This document shows positions 1 through 12,618 of a stretch of DNA of 64,000 nt, piece after piece. Position numbers and translations under genes: made by a program. This stretch comes from Callorhinchus milii (taxonomy: Eukaryota), in the NCBI RefSeq assembly GCF_018977255.1, contig NW_024704742.1:59770001-59834000 (forward strand), given 5' to 3'. The notes under the pieces are model-generated. The model saw only the letters and a list, made by a program, of their open reading frames with translations. It ran no database searches and had not been told where the DNA came from. Numbering within the stretch: the stretch's first letter is position 1; every line of letters begins with the position of its first letter.

Positions 1-264
1 TAAGCATGTGGTGCTTCTTGGTGGTGCCTGGCTTGTTGAAGTAAATAAATACAGTATGCTGACTGAAAGGCAGTCAAAAGTTTCTTTCCATTTCTAAAAT
101 ACAGCACCTTTCCTGTATTTTGAGATAAGAGTGACAGACAAATTATCCATGGCCTGCTATCATTTTGCAGTAGGGGAGATTTTGTTTTAACTGAGAGATC
201 ACCCAAATTGTAACATATTGTGACAAAGATAGAGCATGGAATTTTGCTCTGACCCTTAGAAGAA

Positions 265-620
265 GTGTCAGCTTTGCTGAATTAGCAGCAATCTGGACTC
301 TGAACCAAAAGTCATGGATCAAGCCCGACATGAGGAGTTGAGCTCATTATCTTACTCATTGACACTCCAGTTCAGTGCTGGGGATTTGCTGCATTTTCAA
401 AGATATCGTCCATCGGATGAGAAGTTAAATCAGAGGCCATCTCCCTTTTCTTCTGTCAGACATTAAAGATATTTAAAACTATTTGAAAAGAGAAAGGAAC
501 TTTGCCACATGGCTGCTTGTAGCATTGTACTGTGTGCAAAATTGTCAATACAATTGACAACAGTTATCTATGAAGAACTTTTAGATGTGTTGATGTGATG
601 AAGTGCTCCAACATGCATTT
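265..620 (+). mobile_element. Old Deu-domain SINE, degraded
   Basis: TGACACTCCAGTTCAGTGCTG...GGATGAGAAGTTAAA...TGTGTGCAAAATTG motifs, collinear with the fuller copy at 52160-52565. Confidence 0.55.
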
Positions 621-2429
621 TACCCTTGATATCTGGATTCAGAGACACGCAATGAGTACTTTCCTCCTCCCTGCGAGCTTTGCGGTGAGCAACGCATCTC
701 AACATGAAATGCATGAGCACATTGCCACTGTCTTCCTATCCGCAGCTCGGGCACATATCCCTTCCCACTGAGGGATGGTTCCACAAATTGGAGATGCGGA
801 GTTTAAGCAGCAGCTTCTTCCTTCCCTGCAGGCCAATCAAGGTGGATTCCAGGCAAAGGATGTAAGGACAAGTGTTCACAAACTCATACTCAATGATAGT
901 GCCTTCCAGCAGCTGTCACCCCCAGTTTCTCACAACGTGAAAGGCCTTTACAAATGTAATTTTGTTATTGTTTCCTCATCAGTTATCTGGCTGGCATCTG
1001 TATTCAACATAGTGGGTGGACCTTTACAGGGCAGTTTGTGACATGCTAATCACCTTGGTGTTCTTGAGGTCCAACTGTAATGCTGCGTACCAGACTTACT
1101 GAACAAAAGCTGCTCAATCCAGGTCTTCATGTGAGGGATCTTGGCAAATAAACATGCCCACTGTGAAATCCACACCGCCTACAGGGTGCTCAGCATCATG
1201 TCAGTGTAGGCTGGAGCCCTCCCTCCCTGTAGCCGCTTCCCGTGTTTGCAACAAATCCATTTCACTTCTTGATCCTTGACACCTTGCATAAGGTGTCAAA
1301 ATTTGCAATACTTGTGTGAAAGGATTTGTTAACAGTTGATCTCGCAGGTAATGGGATGTTTCTCAGGTCCACGCTCTGGAGCTTCGCTTGGACACTGATT
1401 TCTTACGAGACAATAGGAGCCTTTGGCTACAATCCTGCTTTCACGTGAATAGATTACGAAATACATTTCTAGTCGCAGAATTCACCATTCTTAAATCCTT
1501 TCATGAATATTTTTAATTAAATTCCAAATTTGATTTCACACCCAGGCAGATACAAAGAGGAGTACTTTGAGTCTTAGAGAAACTAGAAATTAGACGAGAG
1601 ATCAGTTAACCTTTTTTTTTAAATACACGTTTTCTCTGCCATATTTCTCTGCATCTCAGTTATTTTTGTACAGATATTCAAATTTAGTTGTCAATCGCAT
1701 GCTGAATCAGATTTGCTGGGGCATGCCCTGGGTATAGGAACTCTACAACTCGTCTATTGCACACCCAGCCAGTTCTACAAATCCTTTGAACTCCCAGTAG
1801 ACAAAGGGAGATGTAAGGCACTATCTTTGGCACAATTGCATCCAGCCGCACCTTGTTGTTTGTATCCAAAACAGGGAGTGAGGAAGATGGATGGCAAAAC
1901 AGAAATTCAACAAGCGGAAAGAAATAATCTTCAATGTTATAGATTTTTTCACACTAAATTATGTGACTCATTTCTACTAAACAATTCTAAAATTGTATCA
2001 TACACTTAGAAATATACTTATATACTTAGAAAGTCTTCCCATAAGTATTGGAAGCTACGGTTCAAGCAAATAGCATCAATATATTTAAGAGAAAATTTAT
2101 TTGATACATACATGAGGCAGAAGGGACTAGAAAGGAATTAGGCATATATGTGAGGGTGTCAGTAAACAATTTATCTGGAGAATTGTTGGCTAAAGTATTT
2201 TTTTGGTCAGCTTGGGGTCTGAACATACAAAAATCACCAAGCTTAAGATTATACAATAAAATTTACATTTATATTGCACCTTTCATATTGGGAGGATTGC
2301 AAAGCACTAAATGCTGCTGGTTGGAGCCCAGCAGGTGGGAGCTGAGTAGGTGACAGTAAGCTAACAGCTAAGTGAGTAAGAGGCGAATGTGGGGCTTATA
2401 AGTCATACCTGATTGAGAATTTCATACAT

Positions 2430-3060
2430 GTATTTTACCTATGAATGGAAATATCTTTGTCTCTGGAATGGATTATGCAATATCTCCATGGAAGGGTGCA
2501 TCCTGTTTACCTAATTCATGAAACCATTAGACACACGTTGGCAGGTACCTCTGAAGTTTAACCAAGTAAACCCATACAGCTTGCCATTGAGAGCACCGTC
2601 TCAGAAGCATCCCACTGCTCATCTAGCTATCAGGGCTTTGATTTGTAAGGATAATGGAAGCTGAGTGGGAAGATTCCCTGCTCCCAGTGACTGGTCTGCC
2701 CCTCCAACTCCTGATGATGAGTCCTGGGCTGTCATCAGCAGTGCCTTAGGGTATTGTGGACTCACCTGGCTAAAAAACTGAACTACCGAGTGTGCCACAG
2801 AGAGTTGACTCGACTCCATTGCCAAGCACGATACCTTGGAGCCAGTTCACTCCACCAAGACTCGCTTACTTTGAAGATAGTTAATATATGGTCCTTTGAC
2901 ATCCGATAAGTGCAGGTGTGAGCCCACACTAGGTGGTAGCATGTAGTGGGAACTCCCTGCAGGCTGCCTGGTCAGGAGCATAGCTCGGCATCAAATGCGC
3001 GAGAGCATTGCCAGGACATAATAGGCTGTGGGAGAAGCTGGTCCAAAGCTGTTCTCTGCT
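2430..3060 (+). mobile_element. Ancient RTE-like non-LTR retrotransposon, 3' RT/thumb fragment
   Basis: Clear similarity to eight other copies in the window. Degenerate frames read HQQCLR and RLL.R.LIYGPLTSDK, resembling RTE ORF2 motifs FHQRCLR and RLPKQLLYGEL. Confidence 0.55.
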
Positions 3061-3666
3061 TGTTGGCATTGTGGTAAATTCTATTCTGTGCACAATATAT
3101 GAAGGTCACCTCAGCAATAAAATGCTTTTGTCTTAATCCGCCAATCTTGACTTTAGTTTAAAAAATCAATATATTTAACTTTTAAAAACTGCAGTTAGAA
3201 AATAAATGTTGCACTATTTTCTTTTATTTTAAAGAAAATTTGGAGCTGTTTGAAATATTGAGATAACCTACATTCGTTTAAGGATCTCAACATGCAATAG
3301 GATTATGAAATTGTTTTTTTTACATTGTCTTAAATTGCTTTGCTGTATCTTCAGAGATACCTCTAAATGATTGATGCACCTCGCCATGAAGCCAATCTGT
3401 ACCATCATCAGTATTCTAACAGTTACACTGTGCCATCTCAGTTTCATTAAGATTTCTCCAGGAGCAAGTGTAGTAAAGTGTGAGGTTTAGGGGGAAATAA
3501 AAATGAATTAAACTTACATTTTCGATGCATATCTGAAGTAGTTCATATTCAATGAAAGTGTTGGACATTGAAGTTTTAAATTTCATAACTGTAAGCCTTA
3601 CATATATACAGATATTTATTGATTCATAGTTTTTCTTTTCACCTTTTCTATCGATTTTCCACTTAC

Positions 3667-3744
3667 AGGCTCCTGCGGGTACACATCCTTCTCCATATGG
3701 GAGAGACAGGACAATCTGTAACATACCCTACAGTTAATGCCAAC
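3667..3744 (-). CDS. Candidate 78-nt internal exon (VGINCRVCYRLSCLSHMEKDVYPQEP in phase 0); gene unidentified
   Basis: Minus strand ...taatgacAG|GTTGGC...GAGCCT|GTAAGT, length divisible by 3, open frame. The acceptor pyrimidine tract is weak, and a strong plus-strand acceptor overlaps the same site. Confidence 0.25.
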
Positions 3745-5131
3745 CTGTCATTAACTAATAGAAGGCATGACTCAAACAGGACAAAGTTGGACAAAGTTAG
3801 TTCTCTCTATTCATGGGTATCCAGTAAGCAACTAGACAGCTGGAGAGCAGGAATATATGTAGTTAGAACAGATATAATCTTGTCAAAACTGGAACAAAGT
3901 GTACAAACCAATCTTATGATCACTATGATCTTAATTCAACTTCTGAAGTTCAGTTTCTTCAGAAAATATTCAATTTCCCATGGTTATGCTGCAATGTACT
4001 TTAAGTCACTCACATTTGTTATGTATTGAAATTAGAAAGTGCATTTAACAATGGTAAATTTCATATAGAGTATGTTTTGGTTCCCACTGTCTCTGTGATT
4101 CATTTGATGAGGAATGTGCTGCAATAAAACAGAGAGGGATTTGTCACCTGTGGTCGAGACTAAACTGATTCTTCACATAACAGTGATCATCCATAATAAG
4201 ACAATTAAAGTGGCGGAATATAATTTTCTGCAAACTTTCCTTGGTAGATTTTCCAGTATGAAATTGAGGTGTTCAGACACCCTTGAAGACTGTAATCTTT
4301 TAATTTACCGTGAAACGATTTTAAAAAGCAGTCTTTCTGTAATTGTTTCTGTTCAACAATAAGGTTGTTCTGAATCCATCATTCCAAACATTTTATGACC
4401 AAAATGTTCTGTGTTTAAAAAAAACTACTGTTCAGTGTGTATTGAGTTTGTTGATATCAACGAGGCCAGCATTAGGATGAAATGCAATTACAGTACAATA
4501 CAATTTACATTTATATAGCATTTTCCTGATCTAACCTGCAAGATCATTTTGTTTTAAAATTTACAATCGTGTAGTCTAATGGATAATTCTTAAATTGAGT
4601 TCCTAACTTGGGAGCTGCTCTTTTTCCTCCATAATTCTGTCGATCATTTAAGACAAAACTGTCTCACAGGCCAAGGCTATAGGCGAAATTTCAAGCCACA
4701 AGAGAATACAGGAGAGACATGGAAAGAAACTGCCCTTGAGAAACAGGTTCTCCCTTTTCCTTTCCTTTATTTGTCTCTCGTTCATTCTTCTGTTTGTCAG
4801 ACCACATTGACACACAGCGGTTTACAACTCATGCTGATACTGTGATAATACTGACAGAAATCTAGTGAAGAATGTATTCTGCTTTCTCACAGTACAATAT
4901 CTATCGATCTCATTGCTTAGTATGCTTCCTTTGTAACGTTATTTACTCAATATTTTAATTTGTTCAAGGCTTTTTACTTTATGAAAAAAGACAAAGAATG
5001 CAAAGTTAACGATGAACTTTCTCCAGAACAGCATCCAAATAACAACCAATTGGACTCTGCTATGAATTGTACCTTACAATTGAAACATGTAGATGTTTTT
5101 ACACATGATCTCAGTTACATTCTAAGATGCA

Positions 5132-6060
5132 AAACAACTTACATTTATATAGTGCCCCTCACTTAGAGTAGTGTCCTGGAGCACTTGACAGTGGTGAAGT
5201 CTGACACTGAGCCAGGGGGAGAGGGAGGGGAGGTAACTGTAAAGGTGATTAAATAGGTGTTTAAGCAGGATTTGAAAGTGGGGTGGGAGGGGCAAGGCGG
5301 ATGGTTTGAGACAGAAAATTCCAGAGTTTCGGGGTGTAGTGGCTGAAGGCACGGCCAACGATGGTGGAGCAGAAACACAAGAGACAAACAGGAGACCAGA
5401 GCCAGCTGAGTGGAGGCAGCAGTGGTGGAGTGGGGGGTTAAGCAGCTTGGATAGTTAGGGAGTTGCGAGGGAATGAAGGGATTTGAAAACGAGTGAGAGG
5501 ATCTTGAAATCAATCTGTTTCGTAATTTGGAGTCAGGCAAGCACTGATGTTGTGGGGCTTTGTGCAGGTGAATGTCCAGGCCTTGGAGTTTTGAATTAAT
5601 TGAATTTTATGCATGGTGGAGCTGAGGAAACCAGCAAGGAGGGCATTGGAATAGTCCAGTTGGGATGTGACTCGGACGAGGGTTTCAGCCGCATCAGTTG
5701 TGAGGTACGGACAGAAGCGGGCAATATGGCGGAGATGGAAAAAACCGGTCCTGGTCAGGGAATGGATGTGTAGAGGAAAGGAAAGCTGTGGATCGAACCT
5801 CATACGCACGGGTTCGGACAGTCTGAGGGAAGGAGATTGACAAGTTCAAACCTGCAGGAAAGAAGATGTTGATTGGAGTCAAATAGTACGGCTTCCGTCT
5901 TGCTTACATTCAGTTTCAGGAAATTTACGCTCATCCAGGCTTTGAGGTCCATCAAACAAGCTGACAGGACATCAGAGGACTGGGAGTTGAAGCTGGAGGA
6001 GGAGAAGTAGATTTGTGGAAGTTGACCCTATATCTGCGGATGACATCGCCAAGAGGGACC
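5132..6060 (-). mobile_element. Older L2 LINE, 3' part (RT to 3' tail)
   Basis: Minus frames give [29 protein letters not shown] and SQLDYSNALLAG; the L2 tail (CACTATATAAATGTAAGTTGTT) ends near 5132. Confidence 0.9.
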
Positions 6061-7111
6061 CCTCGGTCCCCTCCTCTTCACCCTCTATATGCTCCCCCTT
6101 GGTGACATCATCCGCAGACATGGGGTTAACTTCCACATGTATGCGGAAGACACCCAACTCTACCTTTCCTCTTCTACCCTCAAATCCACGACCACCGATG
6201 TCCTGACAGCTGCCTGTCCGACATCGAGTCCTGGACGAGAGACAACTTTCTTCAGCTCAATGTGCGCAAAGCTGAGGCCCTCCTGATTGGCTCACGTCAG
6301 CGCCTCCGCACCTCAGGCTGTCAGCATCAGCATCCAAGGCTGCACTCTCCACCTCTCAAAGCCGTCAGGAACCTCGGGGTTCTGTTCGACCCTGAGCTGT
6401 CCTTTCTTCCTCATATCCGCGCCATAACTGGCACCGCCTTCCATCACCTCCGAAATATCGCCAGACTACGGCAATAACTCACCCCTCACACTGCTGAAAC
6501 TCTGGTCCACCCCTTTATCACCTCAAGGTTGGACTATGGGAACTCTCTCCTCGCCGGCCTTCCCGGCACCTCCCTCCACACTGCAGGTCATTCAGAACTC
6601 TGCAGCTCGTGTACTGTCCCGCATCAGGCTTCGGGACCACATCACTCCCACCCTCGCTCGCCTCCACTGGCTCCCCATCCCCCAGAGGATCGAATTCAAG
6701 ATCCTCATCCTCACCTACAAGGCCATTCACGGCCTTGCTCCCTCCTACCTCTCCGACCTACTATCCCTCCATTCCTCTGGCTCCGGTCTGCTCCACATCG
6801 CCCGCCCTAACCGCCCTACCATCAGTGGCCGGGCCTTCAGCCTCTCAGCCCCGAGGCTCTGGAACTCCATCCCGCTGTGCCTTCCCCTTGCTTCCTCCCT
6901 TTCCTCCTTCAAGGCCGGTCTCAAGACCTTCCTCTTTGACCGTGCCTTCACCTTCCCTCTTGACTCTCTACCCCCTCCTCGCTCCCTCCCTTCCCTCCCC
7001 TCACCCTGACCATTTCCTCCCTGCTCGGGTCCCGACCCAACTGTCCAGCTCCTTGGGATGTCCTCCCGACGTGAAAGGCGCTCTATAAATGAAATCTTGT
7101 TGTTGTTGTTG
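6061..7111 (+). mobile_element. Younger 5'-truncated L2 LINE inserted antisense into an older L2
   Basis: ORFs [40 protein letters not shown] and IQNSAARVL...LHWLPIPQRIEFKIL...APRLWNSIP; ends in the stem-loop tail plus (TTG)n. Confidence 0.95.
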
Positions 7112-7640
7112 TAGATAAGGAACAGACGGGGGCCACGGATGGAGTGTTGGGGTACTCTGCCAGTGACTGTACAGGGGCAGGAGCTAAAACCATTTGCTGA
7201 TGTATTGTTGACGGTTTCTTAAGCAGACTTGAACCATGCAACTGCAGTGCTACTAAGGTGGATGAGGGAGGAGAAGCGGTGGAGGAGGATGGCATGATTG
7301 ACTGTGTTGAACATGGCGTAGTAGTCCAGGAGGATAAAGAGACAGAGCGAGCTCTGGTCACAGATAGAGAGGATGTCATTTGTTACTCTGTGCTGTGGGC
7401 AGGGTGATAATCTGTGCTTGAGCAACCGGGTTTGGGATTTGTGGGAGCAGAGATAAATGTTGTACCAGGGGGAGTGGGTAGGCTTGGGAATGGACCTGGT
7501 TTTCCGGGGGAACAAGGAAATTGAGGGTGGAGGAGAAGTGATCGTTTAGCAGCTTGATGGCTGTGTCTGGATCATTGCGGGTGGAAAGCCAGAAGGAGAG
7601 AAGGTCTGAGAATGAAAAGGCATTTGTGAGGGACTTGGGG
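7112..7640 (-). mobile_element. Older L2 LINE, upstream RT part (continues into 5132-6060)
   Basis: Minus frame VTNDILSICDQSSLCLFILLD...TVNHAILLHRF...AWFKS, then VPQHSIRGPRLFLIY, which joins PLGDVIRR at 6060. Confidence 0.85.
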
Positions 7641-7724
7641 GAATATAGGCTTCACTCTGTACATTATACTCTTTTGGGTAGCCTAAAAATTGTAACTTCT
7701 TATAATTAATTCCCTATAATAATA

Positions 7725-7905
7725 AATTGTTTACTCAATCCATGACTGTTTGTGGGACACTGCTGTGTGCAATTAGCTGCCAGATTTCACTCACAAAATA
7801 CAGTCAATTCATTTTACAGACTATTCTGTGAAGCACTTTGAGATATCTCGAAGACACGATAAGGCACTATATTAAATGCAAGGATTATTCTATTTATTAT
7901 TATTT
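7725..7905 (+). mobile_element. tRNA/Deu SINE, 3' fragment
   Basis: GACTGTTTGTGGGACACTGCTGTGTGCAATTAGCTGCC...GTGAAGCACTTTGAGATATCTCGAAGACACGATAAGGCAC...GCAAGGATTATT. Confidence 0.85.
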
Positions 7906-7992
7906 AAATTATAATGGGTCCACTGTTCATATGGCATTTTCTGTTTTGATTTAAGATTTTTCAGCATGAATAGATCATAAAGAAACATAAAG

Positions 7993-8190
7993 GTGTCAGC
8001 ATGGTTCATTCTTGCCTCAGAGTCATAACGTTTGGATTCAAGCCCCAAATACGATCATGGTCTAGGCTGACACTCCAATACAGTGCTAGACAGAATCCTG
8101 CATTGTCAGAGGTGCCATCTTTCAAAAGAGATGTGAAATGGAGGTCCTTTTTGCTTGTTTAATGTTGAAGCTCTCATGACACTCCAATAC
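7993..8190 (+). mobile_element. Old Deu-domain SINE, 5' fragment
   Basis: GGATTCAAGCCC B-box-like motif followed by AGGCTGACACTCCAATACAGTGCT...GAGGTGCCATCTTTC. Confidence 0.65.
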
Positions 8191-10552
8191 AGGGCTGATA
8201 AGTAGGGTATAATTTCTTATATGGGTTAGTTCATACTTTCTGAACAAATATTAATTGCATTTTATGAGCGAGTTAAGCTAGAAATCATTATGAACATGCT
8301 TTCTGGAAGGAATTTCAACTAACGATGCAAATAAATTTAAAATAAACCATATTGAACAGAAATAAATTAAAATCTCTTCAAGTTAGGAGCGAAAATATTC
8401 ACTTACAAAACCTACTTCAGCGTGGAATGAACACCTAGGAATGGGTCTAATTTGTATTACTGCAAATAGAAATGATATCTGGAGCAGAGTTCCTGGGGCT
8501 CATTGGGAATCGTAAAGGGATCCTTCATTGCAGAATCTTGCTGGGAAATGCTGAAAATTAGACTGCGTGGTTTAAAACCAGTGCTGAAGTGTTGTGCAGT
8601 ATCTACCTTCATGCCAGAAACTTTGATTTGTCAATATCTTCAATAAAAATAAAGAGCAGAAGCAATAAGTTGCACAATGTCAACTTGAATAAGCAAGTTA
8701 CTTAAATGCAATATGCGGTTCTTCAATAGAGTTCCACAAAAGCTGACAGTAATGACAATTTTCAGCTGCTCCTTTTGTAAGTATGTAAATCGTCATTGGG
8801 AAACAAATAAATAAAAATTGATAGTGGTCAGAATCCATAAGTGCCTTTAAAAGACATTCCCCAAGTATTTAATGTTGGTATTTGGTAATAAATTAAATAA
8901 AGTGTACATCAGTCAAATCTTTTATAATGAATGCCGTATGCCATCATCTTAAAATAATAATCATCCTTGCGTTTGATATCAGGTTGAAAAATCTCAAAGT
9001 ACTTTACATGAAATTGCTGTCAAGTAGGAAAATATTGTATAATGTTATTCCATAAGGCTAAAACTTGGGAGGAGAATAGTCATTGTTGACCTGGAGTAAA
9101 AGCACTATTATTAACAAGGAGAATGTTGTTATTACAAATAGAGCAAGTCACCAGGTCTATAAATAAGACTCCCGAGTTATACTTCTTCTGTGTCAATGAA
9201 CCCATTTGCAAGTCTCTGAAGAGGCACTTTAACACACCAGTTCATTAATGAGCAAAAGATGGCAAATGAAGTTCTGATTTAATAAACTAAAACAGATCTC
9301 AATAGTGAAGACAAATAGTTGCTTGATAAATTAACTAATTATCCTGTTCACTGTGAGACTAGTGTTGGAATGCAGCCCAGACTGACAAGATTGAAGTCTC
9401 CTCTTTCTTTCTCTGCTAAATCTTGAATGAAAGAAATGTGGACAGTCTCAAACTAGATCTTAATTGTTGCATGCCCATAGTCCAAATCTACTTTACCATT
9501 ACTAATTTTACTCAAAGGCCACGGGGATTAAACATATAGGAAATGAAGTACGTTTATGAGAATATTTATTGGATTACAAACATTTGTTACGAGAGTAAAG
9601 GTTTTTATCTAGTTAAGATAACTTGACATGGGAATGCTCAATGCTGACACAAGGCACCAAAAGTGATTTTCCCATTCCCAGCACTGCAAAATATATGATC
9701 TAAAGTACTTCTGATGTCCTCCCAATGTGAAATGTGCTGTAGGATTATTGTTATTAGTGTTACTACTGATAGTTTTCACCTTCATTACTACAGAAAAATC
9801 ATGGAAATAAGTAACTTTTCATTAACAAAAAGCAACAAACAGATACATATTTGCCAGGCTGAGATTTGAAAAATATTTTTGGGTTCATTCTCACAAAATT
9901 GTGACAAATTACACATACAAACTCCAGGCATTCATAAACACTTCCAACCCCTTTATTTCCAAAAGTACAAAAATACTATTTTGCATTATTTATTTTCTTT
10001 GACTTTCACTTGTAATACTTTGAGTGTAACAGCTTTCTTTCCATCTACTTCAATGCATTGATTTAGTGGAGTGAAATTGCAGCATTTTGTGTGATAATCC
10101 TATCTTTAATCTGCTTGAAAATTAGCTAAATTGCTACAATAATACAAACGAGTAACTAGTAGAATCTATAGAGGAAATAACAGCATTTGGAATAGCACCC
10201 ATAACATCAAAAGATCTTCAACCAGCTGATAGGTAATTACTGTTGAATAAATAAGAATAAGAATAATGATTGTTCCTTCCAGGAGCTGCAGGCCACATTA
10301 TTTAATATTTTTTGCATTTAATATAGTTCCTTAACACATCTTCAAGACATCTCAAAACGCTTCACTTTACAGTATATTCAGTGAAGCACATTCGGACATC
10401 TTGGAGACACGACGAAGTACTATATCAAATGTAACGATTATTATTATCATCATCATCAACGAGACATGATGGTTCTGTGCTGATTGAGTATTCTGTGCAG
10501 AAATGACTCCAGCTAGAGTTGAAATGTTAGCAATGGACAGGAAGACAATAGG

Positions 10553-10655
10553 ATGTAAGAGTAGGACATTCGGCCCCTCGAGCCTGCCCCACCATTTAGT
10601 AAGATCATGGCTGATCTTCTAACCTAATTCCATTTACTCGCCCTATCCCCATATC
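10553..10655 (-). mobile_element. CR1-type 3' tail fragment
   Basis: CATTCGGCCCCTCGAGCCTG...AAGATCATGGCTGATC matches the CR1 end at 35190-35300. Confidence 0.65.
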
Positions 10656-11024
10656 ATCCAAGATTGGATGTGATCTGGAGAATCAACAGACTTAACTGAC
10701 ATTGATCTTTCTCTCATTCCAGGTTTTATGCTTCTAATATGTGTTAATCGATGTCTTATCCCTATCCTCACTTCCCTGCACCCCTTCTGAACCCAATGCC
10801 CAGCTCGGACCCAAAGTCCCTGAATGTCCAGCATCTTGGGACATCCTCCCAACATGACAGGCGTTAAACAAATGTAAGTTTGTTCAAGCCATGTTTTCTG
10901 AAGTGAAAGTGCTGACAGCGGGACAATGCAGGATCTACTGCTGCAGTCTTTACCATTCCTTTCAAATTGCTTTTGTGGCTCACTAGGTACCACTCTTGTC
11001 TCTGAGTCAGAAGGTTTTGTGATG

Positions 11025-11412
11025 TTGAACATCATCAAGACCGAGGCTCTCCTGATTGACTCCCGTCAGTGCCTCCTCACCTCAGGCACTGACAGCATCA
11101 CCATCCATGGTTGCACACTCCACCTTGCTAAACCAGTCCGGAACCTTGGCTCTTGTTTGACCATCAACTATGCTTTCTACCCCACATCTGTACCATGACC
11201 CGCTCTGCCTTATCCCACCTCCGTAACGTCGCCAGTTTCCGCCACTGTCTCACACGCAGGCTGCCGAAACCCTCATTTGATCTCTCTGCTTCCCCCACTG
11301 CCCTTCACCTTCGCCGACCCCCAACTCGGGTCCATAACCCTGTCTAACCAGCGCTTTGGGACGTCCTTTCCAATGTGAAAGGCGCTATACAATTGTAATT
11401 TTGTTTTTGTTG
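11025..11412 (+). mobile_element. Internally deleted L2 fragment with 3' tail
   Basis: LNIIKTEALLI...KPVRNLG and HLRNVA frames; tail CAGCGCTTTGGGACGTCC...GTGAAAGGCGCTATACAATTGTAATTTTGTT. Confidence 0.85.
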
Positions 11413-12466
11413 AAGTCCTGACATGAATGGCAATGTACCAAAAGCAAGTACTATTATTACTGTTAAATTCTGTAGTTCTGTGGGGCCGGTTCAATCTTTG
11501 TGTGCGGGAAACGATGGAATCCCATAGATGCATGGAATCGTGGTGTCTCTGTAAAGGGCCTTGTCATTAACAGGAGATAGCCGAATATGAGAGGCGCTTC
11601 AGAATGTCAGGGAAGGTCACACTCAGCCCATTTTACTCATCAAGAAATCAGTTGCATATATTTTCAGATATCCTAAAGTTGCTGCAAATGTAAATCTATC
11701 CTGATCCGTATAAAAATATATTTTTGAAAATCTAGCTCACAACACACTCCAATCAATCGATCAGGCTAAATCACCGTATGACACTAATGTGATATAATTT
11801 ATACTGTTCCTGTCATTTTGAGCGAGATTGTTGAATTATTCCCACTTCCCAAGATTGACATTCGTTGATATGTGATAGCAAGAAGACTCTATTCTCCTTT
11901 CCCCAGTGGTGATCATATGTCTGGGGAAATGGTGTTCATAATGTGGCATCACTGGAAGCCACATGCAACAACATGTCCAAAAGACTATAGTTCACAGAAA
12001 TACTAGATGTCTTCAGGCAGTTTGTTTCTGTTAGTTGTGTCTGAAACATCCTACGACTGAATGCCATTTACTCGATTTTTTTTACCACAATAAATGTTGG
12101 CTTCTGGTGGTTGCATTATTCTATCAGCAGGCTGTCAACTGTTCTACTTAGTCTCACTTAAACAATGATAATGTTTCATCTGGCTTTCCACGTTTCTCTC
12201 ATCCTGGGTCATTTGATCCACTTTTTTAATAAATATAAACAACAATAACTTATATTCTTATGAAACCTTTACATAAGAATATCTCAAGGTACTTGAGAAA
12301 TATACCAGTGTGCACTAAGTAAGAAAAAGAGAATAAAAGACATTGGGCAAAGTTACAATCAAAGAGAATTGTTCTTCAAAGGATGTTGAGGGCAAATTTT
12401 GGTGATAAGACTCGAGTACTGATTTTCAGGATAAGGTAAAACAAAAACCTTCACTTGAAAATCAGG

Positions 12467-12618
12467 AAGGAAAGTGAGTCAATATTTTCGAAAGGTCGTG
12501 GACCCGAAACGTTGACTCACTTTCCTTTCTCCATAGATGCTGCCTGACCTGCTGAGTGTTCCCAGCGACTTCTGTTTTTGTTTCAGATTTCCAGCATCTG
12601 CAATAATTTGTGTTTTGT
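12467..12618 (+). mobile_element. Penelope-like element terminal (pLTR) relic with partial hammerhead motif and inverted junction
   Basis: AAAGGTCGTGGACCCGAAACGTTGAC...CTCCATAGATGCTGCCTGACCTGCTGAG...TTTCCAGCATCTGCA resembles chondrichthyan Penelope ends as I recall them. A 16-bp perfect inverted repeat lies at 12467-12482/12512-12527. Confidence 0.6.

Noticed and set aside
2705..2735. CTGATGA as a hammerhead core (also near 14000)
   Set aside because: No downstream stem II-GAAA; it lies inside the RTE-like coding relic.
8407..8445. Short minus-strand exon candidate; similar weak candidates near 29750-29827 and 42018-42043
   Set aside because: Weak splice context and no recognisable peptide; expected by chance in 64 kb.
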